A stretch of 63,423 bases of DNA, the filler included, from Octopus bimaculoides (Eukaryota), in NCBI RefSeq assembly GCF_001194135.2. It is 5 parts of 5 records of this genome, joined end to end, with 100 filler letters (N's around TTAATTAATTAA, not from the genome) between each part and the next. Parts side by side here need not be neighbours in the genome. Positions count along the whole stretch, not along the records: positions 1 to 24,278 come from NC_068991.1; 4 more parts are not named here. One strand, 5' to 3'. The notes beneath the pieces were generated by a model that saw nothing but the letters and a program-made list of their open reading frames with translations, had not been told where the DNA came from and ran no database searches. The position numbers and the translations under genes were made by a program. Below, in pieces: positions 1 to 13,507 of this stretch (position 1 is its first letter; each line of letters starts with the position of its first letter).

Positions 1-33
<33 letters not shown>

Positions 34-761
34 ACGTGTGTATATATATATATGTACGTGTGTATATATGTATGTGTATGTATGTATGCATATATGTATA
101 TATATCATTATGCGCAAAATGCGTGAGTGTATATAGGTATGTATGCTCATTAGTGCGTATGAGAGTGTGTGTGTTTGAAGGCGTCTGTATTTAAGAGTGT
201 GCACATAGGTGTTAGTGCATATGTACGTGGAGAAAAAGAGGTTATATTCAGGTATGTATGTATGTATGTATGTATGTACGTATGTCTACCCATGTGTCTA
301 TATATGTAGGTGCGTGTTTGTATTTGCGTCATATAGAGAGAGACAGGGAGAATCTGGTATCTGTATAGGCCTGGAGTGGGGAAGTGCGGTAGGTGTGCGT
401 AAGGTGCGCAGGCTATATGTGAGTGTGTGCGTTTGCATGTATGTTTATCTACCTGCATATACGGTATTCGATACCATATAAGACGCATTTTCTTTCCCCA
501 AAAAAATCTGTCAAAAGATCCCTCACCTCCGTGTTCTATATGCAAAATTTGGCGTCACTTACACCAATTTTGTCCCTGACACTCTTACAAACTATAGGCT
601 AATGTTAATCCAGACACTCTCTTCTACCTGGTCTGACATTTTGTTTTATGTTCGGCTCTGCTGATGACTTACTCTTTAAATACAGTAATGTCTTCTGTTA
701 CAGCTAAGGTATTTTTTGTAATATTGTGTAATAAACTGCTAGATTTCTTTAAATATTACAG

Positions 762-817
762 GCTTTCATGCACTAGAAACTGTTTTACGTGAATTGGCGG
801 TGCTGAAATCGGGATTC
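762..817 (+). CDS. Candidate 56-nt internal exon of an unidentified gene (xFHALETVLRELAVLKSGF)
   Basis: Acceptor ttctttaaatattacAG at 761, donor GTGAGT at 818; only one frame is open; non-repetitive sequence. No homologue recognised. Confidence 0.35.
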
Positions 818-844
818 GTGAGTCATTCATGCCATCAAGTTCGG

Positions 845-1110
845 TATACATACATACATGGTGGTGGTTGTCTACTCCTTAAACAGAGTTTGACCACCTC
901 CTGCACCTACACCTTAGCCCTTTCATGGCGTCTGATGTGGCTTTTTAAACCAGACAGTGTTTTGAAAAAACACCCACACAGATTGCACCTCTGATTTGCA
1001 CTACCAATGCCTGCAAGTAAGTTCTGCTCATTGTGGATCCTAACATGTATTTTAAGACCCCCATTGGATTTGCAAACCCTCTGACACACACCACATTCAA
1101 ACGTGTGCAC
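845..1110 (-). mobile_element. Probable 3' end of an RTE-type LINE with two C-terminal C2H2 zinc fingers
   Basis: CGVCQRVCKSNGGLKIHVRIH and CNLCGCFFKTLSGLKSHIRRH (both C-x2-C-x12-H-x3-H), stop at 907-909, about 50-nt 3' UTR, then a (CAC)n(TATG)n tail; no TGEKP linker. Confidence 0.5.
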
Positions 1111-1167
1111 AGACATATAATACATACATACATACATACATACATACATACACACACACACGCATAA

Positions 1168-1216
1168 TTCTTTACTCTTTTTACTCTTTTACTTGTTTCA
1201 GTCATTTGACTGCGGC
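1168..1216 (-). mobile_element. 3' tail of tRNA-derived SINE family A (runs into gap)
   Basis: Reverse complement of GCCGCAGTCAAATGACTGAAACAAGTAAAAGAG, matching the ends of the copies at 4644 and 13876. Confidence 0.8.
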
Positions 1217-1344
1217 NNNNNNNNNNNNNNNNNNNNNNNNNNNNNNNNNNNNNNNNNNNNNNNNNNNNNNNNNNNNNNNNNNNNNNNNNNNNNNNNNNNN
1301 NNNNNNNNNNNNNNNNCACACACACATATATATATGTATGTATG

Positions 1345-1550
1345 TGTGTGTATCTTTGTAGTTGTATTTGTCTCCCTCCTCCCATTTAGCAATCAGTGTT
1401 GGTTTGTTTACATCTCCGTTACTTAGTGAGCCGAAGAATAAGTATCAGACTTTATAAAGTACAGGGTTCAATTTGTTTGACTTAAAAACCTTTCAAGGCG
1501 CGGTGCTCCAGTTTGGCCGCAGGCCAACATATGAAAACAAGGGAAATAAA
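1345..1550 (+). mobile_element. Degraded 3' half of SINE family A
   Basis: GTTTACATCTCCGTTACTTAG and GGCGCGGTGCTCCAG blocks align with other family A 3' halves. Confidence 0.65.
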
Positions 1551-2092
1551 AGAAAACAAAGCAAAACCAAAAATTATGTACACATACATACATACATACA
1601 TATNNNNNNNNNNNNNNNNNNNNNNNNNNNNNNNNNNNNNNNNNNNNNNNNNNNNNNNNNNNNNNNNNNNNNNNNNNNNNNNNNNNNNNNNNNNNNNNNN
1701 NNNNNNNNNNNNNNNNNNNNNTCTGCTTTATCAACCAACCCATCGCCGCCTCCTTCTTATCTTCTTCCCAGTCTCAATGAAAATAGGTTCTTTACGCAGG
1801 CTGACCCTTTTTCTTCAATGGTAGTTTATCTTGCTGTTTTTTTTTTGTTTCTTCTCGACACAGGCACATACCCATATACATACACATCACATACACGCAA
1901 GCGTACGTGAACACATACACGCACGTGTACACGTATAAGCGCACATGTACACAATACATAATGACAGTGAGTCGCTCGCAGCTATGGCGTCACAGTTAGA
2001 CACAGAGCAACACATGCATAGCCGAGTGCGTGTGTGTATGTGTGTGTGCCTGTGCATATGTGTGTGTGTGTGTATGTGTGTATGTACGTATG

Positions 2093-2138
<46 letters not shown>

Positions 2139-2173
2139 NNNNNNNNNNNNNNNNNNNNNNNNNNNNNNNNNNN

Positions 2174-2234
<61 letters not shown>

Positions 2235-2312
2235 TATATAAATATGTATACACACATACATGCAAACACATATACACATGCTTATGTATTTATGTATGAT
2301 TGTACATTTTTG

Positions 2313-2345
<33 letters not shown>

Positions 2346-3208
2346 ATGTATGTATGTATTTTCATTTATGTATATATGTTTATGTGCGTATATGTGTTGT
2401 GCATTTTTATGCGCCTGTGTATATATATGTGTGTATGCATATATGTATTTGTATATACATATGTAGGCATATATGTGTGTGCGATTGAGTGTGTATGAGG
2501 GGAAGGGTAAATACAACTAGGTATCTACTTACATGAATAAAAATTGCGCACGCGCGCACGAGTAAATGTCTTCAAATACCCGCGCGTAAACACACACACA
2601 CACATACACACACATACACAAACGTGCGTTTGTGTACGAGTGTATACACCTTTAAATATATTCTTACAAGTAAATTTAGACATACAAACACAAATTCACC
2701 TCATCACCTCACATACGGTAGCCTGTTCTTAGCTGCTTATCCTGCAAACAGAAGGCAACCACGAGAAATATTCCACTTTCATTTTATAATGCCTAGTCAG
2801 CGAATGTCCCTCGTATGGTATATTCTTTCTACTATTCATTTTTGGCATCCATTGAGTGATCTATGCTTTGCTAAGGAGGTGAAATAAGTTCGAAACATAC
2901 TCCGAGTTGTCACTCACTCGTTTGCAAATATTTATTAAAATTAAATTTTGGTAGATTGAAATTTAGGAACTGACTTGCTTGCCTCTTTGTTTTAATAAAT
3001 TCTCTATTAACAATTAATGACTTCTTTTCTCATTAGTCTTGTAATTTCTCTTAATTACTAAATAGTTTAGCTTCATCGCATCATATATGGTAAACTACAC
3101 TTATATGTCTTAGCGCTGTGACCACTAAATATGTATAAATATATTTCTTTCTATCTGTCTGTATATCTGTCAATCTAGCTATCTGTTTGTTTGTCTGTCT
3201 GTCGTTTG

Positions 3209-3275
<67 letters not shown>

Positions 3276-3938
3276 CTCTATGTAGCTAGCTAGCTATCTG
3301 CATGCATTGATATGCACACACNNNNNNNNNNNNNNNNNNNNNNNNNNNNNNNNNNNNNNNNNNNNNNNNNNNNNNNNNNNNNNNNNNNNNNNNNNNNNNN
3401 NNNNNNNNNNNNNNNNNNNNACACACACACACACACACACACGCTCACACACACACATACACACACACTTACACACACACATAAACATGTATATATACGT
3501 ACATTTATGTACGAGCGTATATATTTACATTTACTTTATAAGCAAGTTCCCAACAAGGCGAGAAGGCCCTTGGAGTAAGATACTATGAAGAAATAGAAAT
3601 CAAGACGAAACAAATGAATTTACTGTAGACTTGAAAGCGTTTATATCCTTACACACTGAGCTGAACATGTATAATGCATATAATATTTATAGCCAAGTGC
3701 AGGCTTCCATCCTTAATGTGCTGATCTGTAAATGATTTTAGTTAATATAATATTAGCCCCAGTGGGGACAAGTCTTTATCATTAATGCTAAATAAACTCA
3801 ATGCTCACAAAGGATGGACACACCGAAGTTTTATTTGATCAAAAATTAATTCAATATAAGTAGGATGAGTATATGTCCTTGATCTTTTGTAACTATGGTA
3901 ACAACTCCGGGTATGGTACACACGCACACACACACAGA

Positions 3939-4097
3939 GGCGCCGAAGTGGCTATGTGGTAAATAACTGGCTTACCAACCACATGGTTCCGGGTTCAGTC
4001 CCACTGAATAGCACCTTCAGCATGTGTCTTCTATAGCTTCTAGCCGACAAAAGCCTTATGGGTAGATTTGGTAGACGAAAACTGAAAGAAGCCCGTC

Positions 4098-4133
<36 letters not shown>

Positions 4134-4644
4134 NNNNNNNNNNNNNNNNNNNNNNNNNNNNNNNNNNNNNNNNNNNNNNNNNNNNNNNNNNNNNNNNNNN
4201 NNNNNNNNNNNNNNNNNNNNNNNNNNNNNNNNNNNNNNNNNNNNNNNNNNNNNNNNNNNNNNNNNNNNNNNNNNNNNNNNNNNNNNNNNNNNNNNNNNNN
4301 NNNNNNNNNNNNNNNNNNNNNNNNNNNNNNNNNNNNNNNNNNNNNNNNNNNNNNNNNNNNNNNNNNNNNNNNNNNNNNNNNNNNNNNNNNNNNNNNNNNN
4401 NNNNNNNNNNNNNTATATATATATATATATATATATATGCATGTGTGTGTATATGTTTGTATGTGTGTGCTTGTTTCCAACATCGCTTGACAACCGATGC
4501 TGGTGTGTTTACATCCCCGTAACTTAGCGGTTCGGTAAAAGAGGACGATAGAATAAGTACTAGGCTTACAAAGACTGTCGATATGCTCGACTAAAGGCGG
4601 TGCTCCAGCATGGCCGCAATCAAATGACTGAAACAAGTAAAAGA
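3939..4644 (+). mobile_element. SINE family A, full length, central (TA)n expanded across a gap
   Basis: tRNA-like head (A box TGGCTATGTGG, B-box-like GGTTCAGTCCC), GAAAGAAGCCCGTCG then (TA)n, conserved 3' half ending CAAATGACTGAAACAAGTAAAAG. Confidence 0.85.
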
Positions 4645-4711
4645 ATATATATATATACATATAGCATATGTATGCATATATATACATACATGCATACATA
4701 CATATATATAT

Positions 4712-4747
<36 letters not shown>

Positions 4748-5319
4748 ACACACACACATATACATACATGCATATGCTCGTGTACATACAGACAAAGACA
4801 ATACGCGGCACAAATTGTCTTCAGAGAACTTTTCCTTATAGACAATATAGATATAGATATACCGGCAAACTATGAATAATGTCACCGGACTATGGACACA
4901 TGCGTTTCTGTGTTATTGTGCCTTATCAGTTACTTCTACCGAGTTGTCGTTCATGGTCTTTAAGAGGTTGTCGCATTTGTGTTTGAATTGCAAATAGTAT
5001 ATATACCGATGTGTGGAAAGCTAAGGGGACAGACGTGAACTGTCTATACGTGCTTATTGCACATTTGATTAATGTGCAACGCAATGTACCCCGTTAGATC
5101 AGTACGGCCAAATCACTCTCAAATTGCATCCGATTGTCTAAACACGCATATACACACTACCACCACCACCACCACCACCACCACCACTACTATCAGCACC
5201 ATGACTACTGCCACACACACAAACATACACCACCATCATCACCACCACCACCACCACCAAACGCGCGCGCATACACACACACACCCATGCGTGAAACGAA
5301 GGACGAAGAATTCGATAAT

Positions 5320-5635
5320 ATAATTTTCTGAAAAAATGAAAGACAGGATGGTTACGACTGGAGCGCCTTTTGAACATAGGTCTTCTAAATGTGGTCTCTA
5401 CTAGTCTAAATAACAAAGCACCGCTGTATAGCCACTAGGCCTGTTAGAAATGGCAACCAAATCATTCTCAAATTACACTCGAATCTCTCAGTAAACAAAA
5501 ACAAAAGTAAAACACGAAACAACGGTATAATTTGATAAGGTAGACCCCTGCCTGAAAAAATAAGACAAGGGAACCACGACTGGAATGTTTTTGATCATAG
5601 CTCTGTCGGATCTGGGGTGATTAGCAGTTAAATAA
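5320..5635 (-). repeat. Dispersed repeat family D (unclassified), partial copies
   Basis: Shares GTGTGATTTGAG..ATTTGGCTGCTATTTCTAGCAG-like and ACATTCCAGTCG motifs with 15010-15520 and 16860-17035. Confidence 0.55.
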
Positions 5636-6487
5636 CAACCACAACAACAACAACAAGGACGACGGCAACAATATCAACAATGGCTGAAACCAGACACTGC
5701 ATTGAGAACAAGGAGAGAATCATAGAAAGTAAAATATACTTCTAAGTGACCCATTTCCTTCAAAGCAATCTGTAGTTCCCATCCGAAGAAAGGGGAAACA
5801 TTCCTTTGGCTCCTTCTTTCCCATTGCCACTAGTGTTTCTATTATCTCTGCCTTTTACAATCACACACCGTATTCCAAGAATTAGGGTTTCCTGACATTT
5901 GACCCCCAAAGAATGCAAACTACGTTAAAAATTGGTTTAAAGGTTTGCATGTTTATATACCGAATATATGTATGTACATTAAACGTACGTACGTACATAC
6001 ACATGCACACACACACATGCATATATTATAGATATTTATATATGTATGTATAAGTATATATAAATTATACATACACATATACATCTATCTATATATATGT
6101 ATATATACATGTATATATGTACATGTATATATGTACATGTATATATGTTCATATGTATATATATTCATACATACATGTAATATGTGTGTGTGTGCGCGCA
6201 CGCTTGTGCGCGCATAATGTAGATAATTAGACACACATGAACCTCACAAAGGGCATCATTATTTGTCTTACTGAGACATTTTGTTACCAAGAATGTTCTT
6301 CGACTAATTAGAAAGTACGAGGGGTTGTGACCAATGTCTTTGAGAAATAAATAACAGAAAAACCGAATCTTTAATATACCCTTCTAACGAAAATATCTGT
6401 AATAGAGTATAAATGAAATGGATTGAAATACATCTAAATATATTAGGAAGCTTGAAAGTGAAAGGAAATATTTAGAATGTAAGCATG

Positions 6488-6919
6488 TAGGTCCTGGAGT
6501 GGCTGTATGGTAAGTAGCTTGCTTACCAACCACATGGTTCCGGGTTCAGTACCACTGCGTGACATCTTGGGCAACTGTCTTCTACTATAGCCTCGGGCCG
6601 ACCAGAGCCTTGTGAGTGGATTTGGTAGACGGAAACTGAAAGAAGACCGTCGTATATATGTATATATATATATATATNNNNNNNNNNNNNNNNNNNNNNN
6701 NNNNNNNNNNNNNNNNNNNNNNNNNNNNNNNNNNNNNNNNNNNNNNNNNNNNNNNNNNNNNNNNNNNNNNNNNNNNNNNNNNNNNNNNNNNNNNNNNNGT
6801 GTTTACGTCCCCGTAACTTAGATGTTCGGCAAAAGAGACCGATAGAATAAGCACTAGGCTTCCAAAGAATAAGTCCTGGGGTCGATTTGCTCGACTAAAG
6901 GCGGTGCTCCAGCATGGCC
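6488..6919 (+). mobile_element. SINE family A, 3'-truncated, central (TA)n across a gap
   Basis: Near-identical head and 3' half to 13508-13876; stops at CAGCATGGCC. Confidence 0.9.
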
Positions 6920-7135
6920 TTTAGTCGATATTGCAGAACCTGGTTCTCATTTCGGGAGCTAGTATAACTTTCGATGTTGAAGTTTGGTGCCAAACCCTCT
7001 AGAATCTTCCATATGTATACCACTGCATATCCTTCCCGTCTTTGCTCCAGGGAGTAGAGACGTAGCTTTTTCAGTCTCTTCCGGTAGTTCAGATGTTTCA
7101 TTGATGCAATCTTCCTGGTGTAGCACTGCCGGCGT
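6920..7135 (-). mobile_element. CR1/L2-group LINE ORF2 C-terminal fragment
   Basis: RRQCYTRKIASMKHLNYRKRLKKLRLYSLEQRREGYAVVYIWKILEGLAPN matches the Y..RL..L.LYSLERRR....I..WKIL.G motif at the end of CR1/L2 ORF2. Confidence 0.75.
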
Positions 7136-7186
7136 ATAAGACGCATATTTATTTTATGAACGTGCCATCAGAGAAATGAGTGTCAT

Positions 7187-7298
7187 TTATTCCTGTTGAG
7201 TGAAAGACGATGTCTATAGGCACACTTTGAACTCAGAATGTAAAGACAGACGAAATGTCGCTAAGAATTTTGCCCGGCGTGCTAACGATTCTGCCAGC
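7187..7298 (-). mobile_element. SINE family B, internally deleted
   Basis: Head GCTGGCAGAATCGTTAGCACGCCGGGC..TTCTGAGTTCAAA jumps directly to tail motif GTGCCTATAG. Confidence 0.75.
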
Positions 7299-7299
7299 A

Positions 7300-7995
7300 A
7301 ACCACTACAAAATGTATATGCAGAGGGTCGAAAGCGTGACTCACATTGTTAGTGCTTGTGAAACTCTTGTGCAGAAAGAGTACAAGCGCAGACACGACAA
7401 AGTAGCCCAAAACCTTCACTAGCTACTATGCGGGAAGTATGGATACGAGGTAACGGGTGCTTGGTACCGACATACACTGGGAAAGGAAATGGACGAAAAA
7501 GAGAAGGCAAAAATCGTCTGGGACTTTAACTTCCAGACAGACAAGGTGTTAGAGCATCGAAAGCCAGATATAGTAACATTTAGGAGGGACAAACAAGCGT
7601 GCCTAATAATTGATGCAGCAGAGCCAGGAGATCAACATATCATCATGAAAGAAAGAGAAAAGATTGATAAATATGGAGACCTGAGAATTGAGATCGCCAA
7701 GATGTGACAGCTACGAGAGTCAAATAATAGTTGTTTCTGTTGCTATCGGAGGAGTGAGTTCAATACCAGCCAAGCTGAAGAAACATCTGAAAACTTTAGA
7801 AATCTCCAACAACCTAGGTGTATTACAAAAATCGGCATTACTTGAAACTGCAAGCATATTGCGTAAAGTACTGTCTGTCTGAGGTCCTTGTAGTGACTTG
7901 ACGGACGGTACAAATCCCTGATACACACAATATCTTCAATCAGCGACCTCACGATATTGGATACTGTGACGCGTCTTAAATAATAACAACAACAG

Positions 7996-8026
<31 letters not shown>

Positions 8027-8040
8027 AATAATAATAATAA
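7300..8040 (+). mobile_element. 3' end of an R4/Dong-type (RLE) non-LTR retrotransposon, pseudogenised, with (CAA)n(TAA)n tail
   Basis: Decayed CCHC knuckle (YKMY..VESVTHIVSAC..EYKRRHD), PD-D/ExK endonuclease (IVWDFNFQTDKVLEHRKPDIV..LIID..KEREKIDKY), terminal LQKSALLETASILRKVL; stops and a frameshift. Confidence 0.9.
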
Positions 8041-8172
8041 TTTCTGCTAAATTTGGTGGAAGGGGACTAGCCGATTACACCGACTGTTTCTCTGGTACTT
8101 AATTCATCGTCCCCCGAAAGGATGACAGGCAAAGTCGACCTCGGTGGAATTTGAACTCAGAACGCAAAGATA
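8041..8172 (-). mobile_element. SINE family B, partial
   Basis: Reverse complement of TTCTGAGTTCAAATTCCACCGAGGTCGACTTTGCC..CATCCTTTCGGGG. Confidence 0.75.
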
Positions 8173-8546
8173 TTGCTGCCTGCTACAGTGCAGCTGTTGT
8201 TATCTCCTAATTTCTGCTTTTGTTTAAAAGTATTAATTACATTGTTGTTGTTGTTGTTGTTGTTGATATTGCTGCTGCTGCTGCTACCGCTGCTGATGTT
8301 GTTACTGCTGTCATTCGTACTGCTGCTGTCGCTGTTGCTGCTGTTCCATTTGCAGTTATTTAATGCTGATGTTGCGGTTGTTGCGCTTGCTGTCTAGTTA
8401 TCACCAACACCTACACATACACAGGCCATACGCACACATGCATGCATGCATGCACGCACACACATACATTATCGCTTTCTCTATCTCTGATTCTGTCCCC
8501 CGCCTGTACCCCCTCCTCCATCTCCCTGGATTTCTCAAACACAAAC

Positions 8547-8603
<57 letters not shown>

Positions 8604-8989
8604 TACCTTATACAAATATACACATACAAATATACACGCAGACAATGTTACGTCACACACCGATAAAAATATAATACTTCCAAACGTCATTGTAGTAACA
8701 TATACCACGGATTAACTTCAGTCCTCTGCTTATATACACTCATACATAAACACATATATTCATACATGCACACACGTTTATATTCACACATATATATTTT
8801 ATACATACATGCACACACACAAGCACACATGTATATATTGTGATTATAAATAGTATATGTATGTACAGATGGCATGAGGTCTTAACAAACGTGTGCTGCA
8901 TCAGAGTAGGTTGAAAAAATAAGGGCTTACTAGATAAAGCCAACGCTTTTTATATACAGAAGTAGGAAAGTAGAATTATATAAATAGAC

Positions 8990-9296
8990 AGTCAGACAGA
9001 CGGACTGATAGATAGATAGGTAGATAGAGAGACAGATTGAAGACAGCTAGATAGATGGATAGGTAGATAAATGGATAGACAGACATGTTTCTTTATTAGC
9101 CACACAGGGCTGAACACAGAGGGGACAAGGTACATATAGAGCTTTTCTTTTGGGGAGGAGAAAGAAGGAAAAAAAAGGGGGCGGGAGGTAGATTTTCGAT
9201 CAAAAGGGATAGTAAAAAAAAAAAGAAAAACAAAAGAAGAATGGATAGATGGATAGATGCATAGGTACAGAAATAGGTAGACAGACATACAGATAG

Positions 9297-9383
<87 letters not shown>

Positions 9384-9673
9384 TAGATGGATGGTTGGGT
9401 AGATAGATGGACACGTAGATAGATATATTGACAGCTGGATGGATAGACAGCTGGATGTTAGATAGATAGATAGACTGACAGATAGATAGATAGATAGATA
9501 GACAGACAGATAGACAGGTAGATGGATAGATAGATGAGTAGTATAGAGAAAGAGAGAGAGAGAGAGAGAGAGACAGGGGGGATAGATGGGTAGATAGATG
9601 GATACGTAGATAGATATAGAGATAGATGGATGGGTAGACAGACAGATAGAAAGATAATTAGATAGATAGATAA

Positions 9674-9705
<32 letters not shown>

Positions 9706-9730
9706 CTAGAGAGAGAGAGAGAGAGAGATG
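8990..9730. repeat. Compound (AGAT)n/(AGAC)n/(AG)n microsatellite field
   Basis: Direct reading; source of the spurious SIYL-rich ORFs. Confidence 0.95.
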
Positions 9731-9832
9731 TATAGATAGATGGATGTATGGGTAAATAGATGCCCAGGTAGAAGGACGAATAAATAGCAAGGTAGGTAAA
9801 TGGTAAGCTGGAGTATTGGCTGATCGAGATAA

Positions 9833-9901
<69 letters not shown>

Positions 9902-10995
9902 CATTAATTGTTTTGTTGTTGTTTGTTNNNNNNNNNNNNNNNNNNNNNNNNNNNNNNNNNNNNNNNNNNNNNNNNNNNNNNNNNNNNNNNNNNNNNNNNN
10001 NNNNNNNNNNNNNNNNNNNNNNNNNNNNNNNNNNNNNNNNNNNNNNNNNNNNNNNNNNNNNNNNNNNNNNNNNNNNNNNNNNNNNNNNNNNNNNNNNNNN
10101 NNNNNNNNNNNNNNNNNNNNNNNNNNNNNNNNNNNNNNNNNNNNNNNNNNNNNNNNNNNNNNNNNNNNNNNNNNNNNNNNNNNNNNNNNNNNNNNNNNNN
10201 NNNNNNNNNNNNNNNNNNNNNNNNNNNNNNNNNNNNNNNNNNNNNNNNNNNNNNNNNNNNNNNNNNNNNNNNNNNNNNNNNNNNNNNNNNNNNNNNNNNN
10301 NNNNNNNNNNNNNNNNNNNNNNNNNNNNNNNNNNNNNNNNNNNNNNNNNNNNNNNNNNNNNNNNNNNNNNNNNNNNNNNNNNNNNNNNNNNNNNNNNNNN
10401 NNNNNNNNNNNNNNNNNNNNNNNNNNNNNNNNNNNNNNNNNNNNNNNNNNNNNNNNNNNNNNNNNNNNNNNNNNNNNNNNNNNNNNNNNNNNNNNNNNNN
10501 NNNNNNNNNNNNNNNNNNNNNNNNNNNNNNNNNNNNNNNNNNNNNNNNNNNNNNNNNNNNNNNNNNNNNNNNNNNNNNNNNNNNNNNNNNNNNNNNNNNN
10601 NNNNNNNNNNNNNNNNNNNNNNNNNNNNNNNNNNNNNNNNNNNNNNNNNNNNNNNNNNNNNNNNNNNNNNNNNNNNNNNNNNNNNNNNNNNNNNNNNNNN
10701 NNNNNNNNNNNNNNNNNNNNNNNNNNNNNNNNNNNNNNNNNNNNNNNNNNNNNNNNNNNNNNNNNNNNNNNNNNNNNNNNNNNNNNNNNNNNNNNNNNNN
10801 NNNNNNNNNNNNNNNNNNNNNNNNNNNNNNNNNNNNNNNNNNNNNNNNNNNNNNNNNNNNNNNNNNNNNNNNNNNNNNNNNNNNNNNNNNNNNNNNNNNN
10901 NNNNNNNNNNTTACTTATGGATATATACAATATAGATGTCTATGTGTATATACGGATCTATATGTGTGTATACATACTTATATATATACATGTAT

Positions 10996-11032
<37 letters not shown>

Positions 11033-12878
11033 TTAAGCGTGTAAAAATAAATGTATAACATACCTACATGAATACATATAAGTATACAGACACGCACACA
11101 CGCTCGCTCACAAACACACACACATACATACATGCGTATACCCGTATGCTGGAGTGTGCATGTGTCCGTGAGTTTATGTGCGTTTATGCATGCGTGCGCA
11201 TGTGTATTCGCGTGTATGTATGTATGTATGTATATATGTTAAGTAGCTACAATTATGTCAACTATGCGAATTCCAGCGTTCACCCACGGCCATCACCGCC
11301 AGCACAAACGCTGCCGCCGCCGCCGCCGCCACCGACGCCACTACCACCACNNNNNNNNNNNNNNNNNNNNNNNNNNNNNNNNNNNNNNNNNNNNNNNNNN
11401 NNNNNNNNNNNNNNNNNNNNNNNNNNNNNNNNNNNNNNNNNNNNNNNNNNNNNNNNNNNNNNNNNNNNNNNNNNNNNNNNNNNNNNNNNNNNNNNNNNNN
11501 NNNNNNNNNNNNNNNNNNNNNNNNNNNNNNNNNNNNNNNNNNNNNNNNNNNNNNNNNNNNNNNNNNNNNNNNNNNNNNNNNNNNNNNNNNNNNNNNNNNN
11601 NNNNNNNNNNNNNNNNNNNNNNNNNNNNNNNNNNNNNNNNNNNNNNNNNNNNNNNNNNNNNNNNNNNNNNNNNNNNNNNNNNNNNNNNNNNNNNNNNNNN
11701 NNNNNNNNNNNNNNNNNNNNNNNNNNNNNNNNNNNNNNNNNNNNNNNNNNNNNNNNNNNNNNNNNNNNNNNNNNNNNNNNNNNNNNNNNNNNNNNNNNNN
11801 NNNNNNNNNNNNNNNNNNNNNNNNNNNNNNNNNNNNNNNNNNNNNNNNNNNNNNNNNNNNNNNNNNNNNNNNNNNNNNNNNNNNNNNNNNNNNNNNNNNN
11901 NNNNNNNNNNNNNNNNNNNNNNNNNNNNNNNNNNNNNNNNNNNNNNNNNNNNNNNNNNNNNNNNNNNNNNNNNNNNNNNNNNNNNNNNNNNNNNNNNNNN
12001 NNNNNNNNNNNNNNNNNNNNNNNNNNNNNNNNNNNNNNNNNNNNNNNNNNNNNNNNNNNNNNNNNNNNNNNNNNNNNNNNNNNNNNNNNNNNNNNNNNNN
12101 NNNNNNNNNNNNNNNNNNNNNNNNNNNNNNNNNNNNNNNNNNNNNNNNNNNNNNNNNNNNNNNNNNNNNNNNNNNNNNNNNNNNNNNNNNNNNNNNNNNN
12201 NNNNNNNNNNNNNNNNNNNNNNNNNNNNNNNNNNNNNNNNNNNNNNNNNNNNNNNNNCACACACAGAGACACACACACACACATACACACACACACACAT
12301 ACACACACACATACTTAGACACATACAAGTCCACACATTCATTGCTGTGCACTACGTAACACTGGTGATATTGCCATACATAGACGTGTGTCTATGTATG
12401 TATGCATATATGTATGTACGTACATAGTATGTATGTATATGTGTATATATAAACATGTTTATATGTATTTAGGTGTGTGTGTATGCTCACATGTAAATAT
12501 ACGTTAACAAACATCTATTTATCGAACATGTTTGTATATATGCATATACATACATAGATACATACGTACATATATGTGTACATAAATTCTTACACTGATA
12601 CATAAGTGTGTGTGTGTTTATGTCATGTATACGCATGTGTACCGATGAGTGCGTATGTATGTATGTATATGTGTGTGTATATTTATATATATATGTATCT
12701 GTGTGTATGTATGTATGTATGTATTTATGTATGTATATATGCATATATATATACGATCACATATGTGAAAACTCAAACCTGCTAGCTCATACGTACTTTT
12801 GCACACGTGCCCTCAACAAGAACCCCTCTCGCACTTATATAAACAACACTAGAAAGCAAAATACACTGTTAACGCTCA

Positions 12879-12952
<74 letters not shown>

Positions 12953-12978
12953 CCTTCGCACCTTCGCATCTGTGACAG

Positions 12979-13001
12979 GGGTGGGGTACCACTCGCCGCA
13001 A
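12979..13001 (+). CDS. Candidate 23-nt microexon
   Basis: ccccttcgcaccttcgcatctgtgacAG acceptor, GTGAGT donor at 13002; all three frames open, so frame gives no support. Confidence 0.25.
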
Positions 13002-13507
13002 GTGAGTCTTCACCCACATTCAGATTTGAAACCGATGCTTGACGAAAAATCTCCAATAAGCAATGTGAAAAATGAAACAGGATTTAAGCTTTCAAATCAA
13101 AAGAATTTCTTAGCAAAAGTTGGTCGTACATACATACAGACGTACATACATACATGCATACACATACACATACACACACACATACATACATACACACATA
13201 CATACATACATACGAAGACTACAGATCCAATCCATCAGTGGAACTGTAAAAATCTGTAAAACTTTCCAGAAGTTTAACATTTGAATATATATGAGCATGT
13301 CTAGACATGCAACTATATACATAAGAATACATACATAAAGCAAAGCATACAAACCTGCAGGTATACATACATACATACATACATACATACATACATGCAT
13401 ACATACATACAAACAAACAAAGACACCCTGTTGTTGATGTTGATTAGAAACCGGCTCTTTCTCTATTGGCAAGAAATCTTGAAATAAAACTGAATAACAT
13501 ACATACA

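Noticed and set aside
907-1110. Host C2H2-ZNF gene exon
   Set aside because: No TGEKP linker, no splice acceptor after the upstream microsatellite, and a LINE-like tail; kept as a minor alternative.
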